This document shows positions 40,106 to 51,111 of a DNA stretch of 64,000 nt, in pieces. Numbering within the stretch: the first letter of the stretch is position 1; every line of letters begins with the position of its first letter. Location of the stretch: contig LSRY02000013.1 in NCBI GenBank assembly GCA_001643675.2, positions 1,550,001-1,614,000 of the forward strand, read 5' to 3'. This DNA comes from Monocercomonoides exilis PA203 (Eukaryota; Protista; Preaxostyla). Both the position numbers and the translations under genes were made by a program. A model generated the notes under the pieces. That model did no database searches, had not been told where the DNA came from, and saw only the letters and a program-made list of their open reading frames with translations.

Positions 40106-41544
40106 GAAATGATTAATTGCTAAAAATTAAGAAGATGAATGCATATTATTATCAACTAAGAAATTCAACAAAATTCTCTTCTTCAGGATTTTGTCTTCTT
40201 CAGCCGAAAAGAAACCTCAGAATCCTTTTCACTTTCAGCTCAATCATCCACCCTCTCCAACAAAAAATACAAAGCAAATGTCAATCTCTTTTTCATTCCA
40301 TTTCTTTCAATTTTTCACTTCCCCTTCTTTCACAAAAAATCACCTTTACTCAAAAACTAATTCTTCGCCAAAGCCCAATGCCGGGAATCTTCGAAATATC
40401 TTGAATTTCATCTGTCTGTCTTTATTTTTTTCCCCAAACTTTTCTTTTTCTTCTTCAAAGCCAGCTAATCCCTCGCTGTTTCAACATCCTGAATGAAAAA
40501 ATTAATAATTACTTCAAAAATATTACGACAACAAACCTTCTTACCATTTCTATAAGTATTTTCCAACTTTTTCCCCCTAGGCACCTGTTTTCCTCCAATT
40601 AAATTTTTTTATTCCTTCCTTTTTCAAGTGTTTCATCATCTGATTTGCCAACCATCCTTTCCAGAAGTCATTTTAGCTTCAAATGCATTGATTTCCCTTC
40701 CTTCTGAAAAATGTGAAATTTATGCATTTTGCTCAATTCCACCCTCATCATTGAAAAATATCCTGTTTTTCCGTCTGAAAATATAACTCCAATTCCCTTC
40801 CCAATCCCTTCACCCTGTGCACTTTTCGTATGAATTCGCTCTCCCAACTCGATGGTCAGCCTGCACAATGAGATATCCCGCTTTCATTCATTTTCATTCT
40901 TTTTGACCTGCTGCCCTGAAAGAAACACAAAAAACATCAACAGGCTAATATTCATATATGGAAAAATAAATAAATATCGAACTTCCTTCTCTGCCTTTTT
41001 ATTAGCAATTATTCTTTTCCTCATCAATCATACAAATATTTTCACTTAAAACAAAGAAAGAACACATGTTGATTTCCTAGAAGAAAGATTTGTTTTAAAG
41101 CATGTGTTTTCCTCATAAGTTAACAAAAAAACAAACCTCGATACAACGTCAATGTGGAGAAAAATTGTTGAAAGAACATTTTGAAATAAAGTTATGGAAA
41201 TTTTTTCTAATTGAAAAGAGTGCAAAACACACATTTTTTTAATCATTTTTAATGAATATTGTTGTTTTAATAATTATGAAACGTATGAACACTAATAGAA
41301 AATATACATTTTCTCGTTCTTAAAAGAACAAAAAAGCAAAAAATTTTCACAGATTTTTGATCTGAAAATTTGAGATACATTTTTCGAAAAAGAGGTCACA
41401 CCTTGGTACCCCTTTTTTTGATATATTTCATACACCTTCATAACAACAAATCGATTCGTGCAAAAAAAATGTCACCCAAGGTGTGACCCTCGTGGGATAC
41501 CTTAAAAATATTTTTTTCATAATGATCATATCCATAATTTTTTT
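39459..41544. repeat. Arm 1 of a >=2.09-kb near-identical inverted duplication
   Basis: Reverse complement of 61913-64000; identical ORF translations in both arms; only small indels seen. Confidence 0.93.
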
Positions 41545-42341
41545 TATTAATTGTCTATCAATTGTCTGACCATTATGTTATGAAACGATAATTATTCATT
41601 CATTGTTTGTACAAATATTTTAACATTCTGACATTATTTTGTGAGATGTTTTGTTGTTTAGTCGTTTTTGTTGGATGAAATTTTTATATTTGTGATGTTG
41701 AAAGTTTTTGAAATGAATTTCTTTTTCTTTTTTAAGAATCTTCAAATTTAAAAATAAAAATAAAAATAAAAATAAAGAATAAATTATCTTGAGTAGGTTT
41801 CCAAAAGTTGAAAAATTGAACAAAAAATGTTTCATCATTATTGTGCAAATAAAAAAAAATTCTACATTTGATTTTGTACGAATAAATCGAAAAAACATAT
41901 AATTTTTTCAAGGTTGTATTTGTGAAAAAAAATATTTATATCTGTAATTAAAAATATTTTAATTAGTCATCCAAACAGATATCTTCAATTTTTTCCTTTG
42001 AATGAAAATGAAAAAAATCAAAAAGTTTTTCAAAATGTTCATCTTTAGTTAATTTTTTTTTTTTGAAAAATAATCTTTCATTTTGGAATCAAACAACACA
42101 ATTTTTTTTGAAAAAAAGAAGGAATAATAATATAATTTTGAAAATTATCAACTTTTTTAAAGTAATTTTCTTTTAATTTTGTGACTTTATTTGTGAGCTT
42201 TTTGGATAACTGAATGTCTTTTGACAAAATTATTATTGGAGAAAGTGAATAAATAATTTTAAAAAAATAAAGGATGACTAAAAAATAAAAAAATTTTTTT
42301 TCACATTAAAAATTCCATAATAAATTAAATATTTCACAAAA

Positions 42342-45300
42342 ATGTCTTTTTCGAAACATCATTCAACTCTTAATTCACGATCAAAAATTCTTTGGAAAGA
42401 AATTGAACGCATCGGTGGAGATGACGTGGATTCATTGCTTGTCTATCTGTTTTACAACTATAGGCAATCATCTTCAGTAATAAACGATTTACTGAAGACA
42501 TTAAACGGTTTGATTTTTATTTTTTCAAGTTTTATTTAGATAATTTCATGAACTGTCATCCTTGTCATTTTCTTATTTTTTTGTTTATTATTTATTTTAT
42601 TTCGAACAGAATATCATATAAAGCTGCTCGAAGACATATCTGTTGTGTACAACAAATCTCCATTGCACACTCAGACAATAATGCTACAGGCGCTGTCTCG
42701 AAACACATCATTATCCGATTTGCAGGACTATGGATATGATGTCACAGAAGGAAAATTCAGTTACGCGAAACAAACTCTGAAGAAAAACCAAGGCTTCATT
42801 GTCCAGCCTCAAAAACCTCATCTTCCTTCTTGCAAAAATGGTTTGTTTTTATTTGGATTTTTTTTTTTTTTGAATAATTTTCTCTGTTTGTTTTTGGCTT
42901 AAATGAACAGGAATGGGAAAAGGGCAACAACTGGATGTTAGCCCATTCGACTGAAGCTTCAACTTCGCTTCAATCTGCAAAGAAAAAGCAGCGAGCAGAA
43001 CCGGATTATGCAAGATTTATTGATGAAAATGAATAAGAAAATGAAATTGTCACAGAAAATTGTTCTTCTAAGAAAGAACAATCATCTTCATCTTCAACAT
43101 CATCTCAACAAAACAAAAAATCTCATCCCGTTTCAGATAATAATTATTCTTCACTAAATTGTTCATCTTCTCAAGCTGTTGATGCACCAATCAGTACTCC
43201 AATTAGGAGAGAAATGGGTTCAACAAAAAGAAAAACAAATAAATCACATCAAAAACGTTACTCGTCTCCTTCTCCAATTTCAATTCACAAATTCTTCAAA
43301 ACAATAAAATCATCAACATCTTCTTATTCTTCTTCATATTCTTCTTCACCTTCTTTTTCATCTTCATCATCTTCATCCTCCTCATCCTCTTCATCCTCCT
43401 CATCCTCCTCATCTTCCTCATCTTCCTCATCTTCCAAAAAGCAACAAAAAGAAACAAAAAGAAACAACAAACACTTCTTCCTTCAACAACAATGATGTAT
43501 GGGTGAGTGATCAATTAGTTGAATATGCAACTTCACCTACACTTATTCCTCCTCAGGCTTTTCAAAATCTTCTGTCATCATTTTCAAAAGGCAGTATCAC
43601 TTCATCTCTTCATAATACACAAGAAGATGATAGAGATGAAACACTTTATGATTATTCTCCGCAAATCATCTCAAACAGCAACAAAATGGATGTTCTTCCT
43701 GCAATTCAATCTCCTTCTTCATCTATCTTTTCAAAAATTAACAAAGATTCCAGTTCTTCATCAAAAACAGTTAAAGGCTTGCAAAATTTAGGAAATACTT
43801 GCTATCTGGCCTCTCTTCTTCAATGCTTATCTTCAATCATTTCACAAAAGCCATCTTTTCTCAATAAACAAACAGCTATGAAGAACACATCTTCGCGTGT
43901 TTTTAGTGTTTGTAAACAATTGGCTAAAGATGGAATGGCAGTGCGTTCGTGGGTCCCATCGCTTATTAATAAATGGGAAGAATTCTGCAACTTTGGAAAA
44001 AGGCAGCAGCAAAATGTGGCTCATGCATTCGACAATCTTCTCCAACTTCTTCAAAAAATTGAGTTGATAAATAAGGACATCTTCAATCCTGTTTAAATCA
44101 CTCATTTCAAATGCCAAAAATGCCAAAAAGTTTCAAATCGTTTCAATGAAATTGGAAACAATGTGGTTATTAATTCTTCTTCTCCTCACAACGGCCTATC
44201 ATCTCTTTTTGCAACTGAAGTTTTAATTGGAAAGAACACCATTTATTGCAACGAGTGCAAAGAGAAAAGCTGTGCTGAGAGATGGGAGGAAATGGCTGCA
44301 TTTCCAGAGGTTCTGGCCCTCTGTCACGAATGCACTTACTCTGCTAGCTCTGCTCCTTCACGAACTCTTCTTATTGAAACTGATCGTGTTCACCAGCGAT
44401 CGTTTATCAAAGGGTTTTCAACAGAAAACGTTCAACATACGCAAAAGAACAATAAGGAAATCATCATATATCATCTCGTTGGGCAAATTCTTTTCAAGCG
44501 TTTTGATCTACAGAATGGACATTACATTGCTGTGATCAAAAGAAAGAGCGTAAACAACTGCATATGGGATATTTATAACGACGTTGATGTGACAGAACTG
44601 AACATTGAATATTGGACAAAAGCATGGAAGGATCTTTATGCTCAAGGTTTCACTCCGTCACTTTCATACTATATCAAAGAAAAAACCAAACCAACTTTTT
44701 CATCAATTCAATTTGGTGGTTTTTCTTCTTCTTCAGAAACATCAAATTTTAACAATTTAAATAACACATCATCATCGTTGTCGTCATCATCATCATCATC
44801 ATCAACATTCATCACACCACCTCCTCGAACAGCTTCCATTCCACAACTTTCTTCGTCAATCACATCTTCATATGGATTGGAAACACTTAAAGAAAGAAGA
44901 AAGAAAACGGGCATTTTTTCTCCCAATGAAAAGAGATTAATCTTCAAGCCAAAGACTAAATTATGGAAAGAGTTTTCAGAAGAAACGGATGTCAAAGTTT
45001 CATTATCTCACTTCTACAAGCTGACAACAAACTTCTCAAAGGCGAAAAGGCGTACAGATCTTTGTGGAATGTGTGAAAAGTTGAACTATTTGGAGAACAA
45101 ACTCTAATCTTCTCAAAACAAAAATGGACTTTCTTCTGCCGAGTTTCACACGCTTTAACTTCTTCGTCAACATCGTCTTGTTGCAGAAATGCAACGAAAA
45201 CATTTTCAATCAACTGTTGATAATCTGAAAGAGGGAGAAGCAGTCTTCGTCTTCGACTTTAAAGAAAAATGGAAGCTGCCTATAAGAAAGAACCAGCTTC

Positions 45301-46172
45301 AACAGGAATTCTTCAACTATCAACAAGTATCTCAATTCACAATCATCTCTCTTCAAAAAATTAATAATCAACAAATAAAACGAACATTCAACTTCTTCTC
45401 CGACTGCCTCTCAAATGATCACAGATTTGTTATTGAGTGTCTGGAATCTGTGATCAAAAGACACTTCTTCTCAGACACTCACACTTTTAAGTTCTTCTGC
45501 GATTCTGGTCCACACAACCGAAATCGCTTCCTTCTTCACTTCATCCTCTCCAAACAATCCAAACTTCTCAAAAAGAAAAATACACAACTCAACTTCTTCA
45601 CTGAGCACTATGGAAAGAATATTTATGATAGTGAATTTGGTGCACTTGTGAACACAATCAACAACAACCTATCAACTGAACACATCACCACAATTCATGA
45701 CTTGATCCACTTCTTCAATAACAATACGAACACTTCGACATCTGCTTCTTCGACATCACAACAAGACTTTTTTAAATCATCCTCAACTAATTCTTCTCCA
45801 TCAACATCATCTGTCAATGACTCTGTTCATGAGAGGTACTTTGAAGAATATGTACCATCTCAGCAAATTTTATGGCCATCATTGTCAGTTCCCCACATAA
45901 ATGACTACTTGTATTTTGAGCGCAAAGGCTCATTCGTCTGCGCATCTGCTGTTGGATATCTTCCTCAACGCTCTCTGGTTGCCCTCGAATCTTCGACAAT
46001 GAAAGAAAAAGTGCAACGAACAAGGAAGTCATTTCACTCTGATATCACATCATCAAACTCTTCTCTTCTTTCTCAATCTTCTCAAGATCTTCTTTCAAGG
46101 AGATTTGAGCTTCTTCTTGACTCTTCATCTTTAAATGAATCTCAAAATTGTATTAATGGTGTCCCCTATTAA
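42342..46172 (+). pseudogene. USP-containing Sola-like DDD transposase, copy 2 (best preserved, disrupted)
   Basis: Introns after LN-G (about 42508-42609) and KN-G (from 42841; acceptor damaged). USP motifs: GLQNLGNTCYLASLLQCL, QQQNVAHAF, YCNEC..FPEVLAL, QNGHYIAVIK...WDIYNDVDV. Transposase motifs: KAKRRTDLCGMC, VFDFKEKW, FCDSGPHNRN, FFTEHYGKNIYD. ORFs 43503, 44163 and 45189 are one frame separated by TAA stops. Confidence 0.85.
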
Positions 46173-46332
46173 GAAACAAGTTGTTGTGTATGCTTAGCCA
46201 GCACTCAATTGGAAGGGTGCTGGACATGACTGTTCGTATTAGATACTGTAGCCTTCGGGCTGCTTTATCCGGACCTGGATACGACGAACAGCCTCCCAGG
46301 TGCACAATAGTTAGAATCCGATTGTTTTCTTG
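46172..46332 (+). ncRNA. Putative structured, pseudoknotted RNA immediately 3' of copy 2
   Basis: P1 46181-190/46301-310 (with G-U pairs); UGCUUAG; P2 CCAGCAC/GUGCUGG; P3 GACUGUUCGU/ACGAACAGCC; GUAGCC-UUCG-GGCUGC hairpin; ACCUGG (46273-78) pairs with CCAGGU (46296-301). Confidence 0.62.
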
Positions 46333-47125
46333 TGGTTTTTGTCCCTATAATGTCCCTATAATTAAATTGGTTATTGTCCCGCTTATATTTGTATATATCG
46401 AGATTCATTAATAGAGAGAGTTGTGAGGGAATTCATTGATCTTTGAGTGGGGTTTTTGGAAGGGAGAGTTGACGAGAGTGTGAAATGTTGTTTTATCATT
46501 GTATCTCTCTTTTTTCTTTGTTGAATTTGATCTTTTTGAGTCAAAGAGAGAGAAATATCAGAAAGTGTCGAGTTGATGGAAAACAAAAGAAAAACAGTCA
46601 AGTTAGTTTTTGGACTTGAAGTATTTGTAATCTTTTTTGTTTGGTATTGCCATTGATTCCATGAATCAGCTGTTTTGGTGCGACCTTTTCTTTTTCCTTT
46701 CATTGTTCAGAATATTTGGTAATTTGATAATGATGAGTGAGAATTTCGAGAGAATGAAATTGAAAATGATTGAGTTTGTGTTAGCTTGAATGAACAAGAT
46801 GTTAATATTGTTTATTTTGTTTATCGTTTGATGTTGCAAAAAGTTTTTTGAAATTGTTTATATTTGTTTTGTTTTGTTTTTCAAGTGTTTCAGTTTTTTT
46901 GTTTGTTTGTTGTTGTTTCAAAGAACCAACTCATTTATTTTGAAACATATCCAACATTGTGCAAAGTGAACTGGTTTGATAACGAAAAAAATATTAATCA
47001 ACAATAACACACAACATTAATGTTCAAAATTATAAAACAAATGAATTTGTGATTGAAATTTTTAAAAAAAACAAGTTCAAAATAATATCGATGAAAGAGA
47101 ATTCTAAGTTTCAATTTGTTTTTCA

Positions 47126-47126
<1 letters not shown>

Positions 47127-47175
<49 letters not shown>
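47127..47175 (+). repeat. Poly(A) tract, about 49 nt
   Basis: Seen directly. Confidence 0.9.
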
Positions 47176-47177
<2 letters not shown>

Positions 47178-47224
47178 AATGTCACTTAATTAAGAGTGTA
47201 AATTATAAACACAAATATCAAATA

Positions 47225-47290
47225 TGGGTGATTATTTTTGAAATCATAAATTTTTTCGGGGGTATTTTTTTATGAAAGCATTTTCAATGA
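47225..47290 (+). mobile_element. Terminus of the TA|TGGGTGATTATTTTTG MITE family
   Basis: ta|tgggtgattatttttgaaatcataa matches the left end of the 25967 MITE. Confidence 0.7.
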
Positions 47291-48399
47291 AACAATCTCA
47301 AACACACAAAAATTATCTTCTTGTAAAATAAATATTTATTTCTTTTCTTTGAAATCACTCTTTTAAAGTTAGTCCAAATTTCTTTCTTACATGGATCATT
47401 TTAACCATAATGAAGTTTGGGAAATGGTGGAAACAGAATTTGTATTTTTTTCTGATATCTCTTGAATTTTGTGAAGAAATTTCTCATGAAATACGTTCAT
47501 TTATATCCAATTTTGCACCTGTGAACTTATTATTCTTTTTTTCTTTTTGTTTCAAAAAATATTAAATTTTTAATTTTGATTGGTTTTTTTTTCACAAATA
47601 GGATTTTAAATTTCATCAAAAACGAAAAAATCGATTTAAGTTGTATAAAAATTTGCTTTTTTCCATCATTCAAATGTTTATTTCAACTATTCGAAAGCTC
47701 ATTTCATACTTCACAATATGACTGATTTCAAGAAATTATATGTGTTGCCTCATTTTCCATATCATCAATTCACTTGTTTTATTATTATTATCACCAGAAA
47801 CCAAAACTGTTTTAAATTTTGTGATATTATATATCAATAATTTTTTAAGGTTATATTTTATTGAGATTACTGATAAATTACAGTTTTATTCTTCTCAATA
47901 TCTTTTCCTTTTCATTCATTTGATAATCAAAAATATTTGAGTAAAATTTTATGAAATCAACTGAAATAAAAAGCAGAAATTGAGAGATATAATGCAAACG
48001 AAAAAGCTATTTAAATATCAATCACACAATTTGTATATGATGAAAATGAAGTTTCTTCAAAGTTGAAAATGTTTGAGTCTGTTTCAAATGATGTATTTGT
48101 TTAGCTCTTTTGTTTATTAAATTTTAAAGAGAGAAAATGATCATTAATCGGTATTGTCTTTCATTGAAGGCAGATACAAAAAAGCATTTATCTATATTAT
48201 TATTATTTTTAAAAATATGCACAAAAGAATCATTTGGTGATTCAGAAAATTCACTGTTTTAAAAGATTGTCTTCTAAATTAAAATAATCTCAAGTCATAA
48301 ATTTTTTTCAACACATATTGAAGAACGTCAACATTTCGAAAAGAGAAGAATCGGATTATTTTTCAAAGAGAAGATTAGAACAGTTGTCAGCAATATCTT

Positions 48400-50640
48400 C
48401 TTAAGAGCATCAAACACCAGCCCCCTTATCTGGTTAATTTTTGAAAAGAGGCATGAACAACGAATCCCTCAAATCTGCAATCAGCTCTTCACGAGAAGAC
48501 AACCACGCGATAGTATCTTCATGATTCAACTCGGATGAAGTTGTTGGACGAAAATCCTCACATCGAACAAGTGTTGAATCTTAATCAATCGTCGAAGTGG
48601 TTGAAGTGGATGAGACTGATAATGAAGGTGATCTCTTACGAATTTCCTCCTCTTCTTCTTTCTCCAGTACCCATTCTGGAATTTTGTCTGAGTCCTTCCC
48701 CAGAATATATTCAGTTGATCCACTCTCAGATAGAAGGTGTTCTGAGGATTCGGAATGTCCCAAACTTTTCTCATACACCCTCTTCTTGATCCTCTCTTCG
48801 TTTTTCTTCTCTGCCTCCCTTTCCGCTCTCCTCCACTGCTCCTCTGGTGACGTCTCCATTGTCACCATCTCAAATGCCTTTGGATCCTTTTTCACTGTGT
48901 CATTCACATTTATCTCCAACTCTTCTGCTTCATTCTTGACCTTTCTCCACCGAACAGCCAAAACAACAGATATAATCAGAAAAATCACAAGAGTAACTGC
49001 CATGATTATAACAATTAGCAACCAATAAGATTTTCCTTCTTTCCCTCCTTCAACAATTCTGTCATCTCCTTTTCCTTCGGTTTCGCTTCTGTTCTTCAGA
49101 ACAAATGAATCAGTCGATGAAGGCGAATCACCTTTTCCAAACAAAATGCACACACTCACTTCCACATCATCTCCTGCATCCTCTATTGTTTCTTTTGGAA
49201 TCATTCCATTCACTTCATTTTCTGACACATTCCCTTCTTCCTGGAATCCATGCCTTTCCACTGCCTCCTCCTCCTCTCCCATCTGTTTCACAATCTTGAA
49301 CGATTTGTTGCATGGAATCAGCAGCTTCCCTTTGAACCTCAGATGCAGTTCTGCTCCTATCTCTTCCATTTCTACTCGTTTCAACTCTGGAATGATGAAT
49401 GATTATGCTCTCTCCTCCATCTTCCCACTCAACTCGCATCCTTCATCCAAAACCAACAATGATGTGTTTCTTTCCCATCTATCTCCTTTCAAACTCATCA
49501 CATTCAACGACGCAAAATCAGAACAGATGGTATTTCTTCTCGCCGATGGTTTTTTCTCAATTCCAGGGTTATTGTTCTCAAGCTTTCCATCTTTAATCTT
49601 CAACCTTCCTTCGCAAACATAAAGGTCTCCATTCGAACAGCTCACAAAACTGGTAACCTTCATCTCTGCAGAGCTTTCCTTCACTTCAACAACTGATCCA
49701 TTCCATTTGTACACATCCACTTCCTCATTCGATTGCTTTTCATTTGTTTCACCATCAAACAAGCACTGCTTCATCTGAATCTTTTTGCACATCAAAAGAG
49801 ATGCCATCTTTCCTTTCTTTCTTTTTGATGAACACCCACCAAATGAACAGTTCGAAAACTCCACATTTCCTTCTATCATTTCAACATCAACCACTCCTGC
49901 ACTCTCATCCAAGCATGTGTCATTTTCAAATGAATATGATAATATGGAAAACGAAAGCTCACTTTCTTCTCTATTGCTCTTGTTTGATTCGCCTCCATTC
50001 GCACTCCCCATCCATCCTTTTTCCATTCTCAAATTCTCAGCTCCACTGATCTTCATGCAGTCTTTGTTTGCCTCAATATTTCTGAGCGGCAATCCACTCA
50101 CTTCAGTATCCTCTTCCATAATCATGGCTGCTTCACTCAAAAATGAAAGCCACATAACACTTACATTTCCCATTGAGCATTTCCCTCTTTCCACAAATAT
50201 CAAATAGAATGGCAGTTGCACCATTTTCCCCTCAGCCTGGCTTACTCCCTCAAATGAACACATGTTGATCGATGTCTTTCCTGAACTTATCTTCATGAAT
50301 GATGAATGTGTTGTTGGAAGTGGAGTTGGCGTTGATTCCACTTCTTCAAAGGCAAATTGTATCCATCGCACATACACCTGCCCATTTGTTTCCACAATCA
50401 TTTCTTTGCTGCAATTCATCCTCCCTTTCACAACCACTCGACTCTGCACTTCATGCATCCCACTCAGTGTGAGCGTGTCCAGTCCAATTTCCTCACCAAT
50501 CACTGACTCCTCATCAACAACAACTTGACTGAGAAAATCGTGTGTCAGATGCCTCAGCCCAAACCTAATTATTGCACATGGCAACAAGGGCTTCTCACAC
50601 TGCTGCTCATTGTTTCCTCTTTTTCCTTCTTTGTTCAAGA
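48400..50640 (-). pseudogene. Frameshifted type-I membrane protein (Cys-rich ectodomain, single TM, cytosolic tail probably leading into a kinase remnant)
   Basis: ORFs 49403-50716 and 48581-49384. CEKPLLPC..IRFGL motif; TM YWLLIVIIMAVTLVIFLIISVVLAV followed by RWRK; charged tail. The kinase link is inferred from the family architecture. Confidence 0.6.
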
Positions 50641-50791
50641 GTCTGATTGTGCATGATTTGAATTTTTCTAAAACATGACAATAAGAAGAAATAAGTTTGA
50701 TATTCTCAAAAATCAAAAATGAGAAAAAAAATACAAATGCATGAAAACTCTCAAAATTTTGTGAATGTCGACATTCACTAAAAAAAGACTA

Positions 50792-51059
50792 ATGAATCAA
50801 ACTTTTGTTTTGAAACAAAAAATGATTCCAATAGGAAGTTTATCCTGGGAGGCTGATTCTGTCCCCAAAGCCTGCAAGGGATTGTGCTGGACCGGTCACA
50901 GCACAATCCCAGGATGGAATCAGCCTAGCCACTTCCTTGCATCGATGCAAAAAAGCAGTACCCCAAAAATTATGTTAAAAACATAATGATTAGAGCTTGA
51001 GCAATAAACATTCCTGTTGGAAAAATATTTTTTGTTTTCATAACAAAAGTTTGATTCAT
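50792..51059 (-). ncRNA. Putative structured, pseudoknotted RNA 3' of copy 3, enclosed by an about 50-bp outer stem
   Basis: Outer IR 50792-50843/51004-51059; UGCUCAAG; hairpin CUGCUUUUUUGCA-UCGA-UGCAAGGAAGUGG; P3 GGCUGAUUC/GAAUCAGCC; 12-bp stem 50878-889/50899-910; UUUGGGG pairs with UCCCAGG. Confidence 0.62.
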
Positions 51060-51111
51060 CAAAAAAGTGAAAAATCAAATATTAGGTTCAAAGATTGAAG
51101 ATAAACTATAA

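Noticed and set aside
43030-45170. TAA read as Gln (as in some oxymonads), since the in-frame stops examined in copies 1 and 2 are TAA and one aligns with Q
   Set aside because: Other TAAs align with W, I, Y or F in sister copies, copy 3 has TGA and TAG stops too, and real ORFs end in TAA/TAG. AT-biased decay explains it.
46172-46332. Assignment of the 3' structure to a known class (HDV/twister ribozyme, SRP Alu, group I intron, dicistrovirus IRES, HEARO/omegaRNA, tRNA)
   Set aside because: Only short word matches (CAGCC, UCCCAGG). The required helix order and catalytic motifs could not be fitted by eye; an Infernal/Rfam search is needed.
41550-46700. TIRs/TSD delimiting the individual USP-transposase elements
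   Set aside because: No convincing inverted termini found by eye around any of the three copies.
47127-47175. Poly(A) tail of a retrotransposed copy 2
   Set aside because: Copy 2 retains introns, no RT or TSD was seen, and homopolymer runs are common here.
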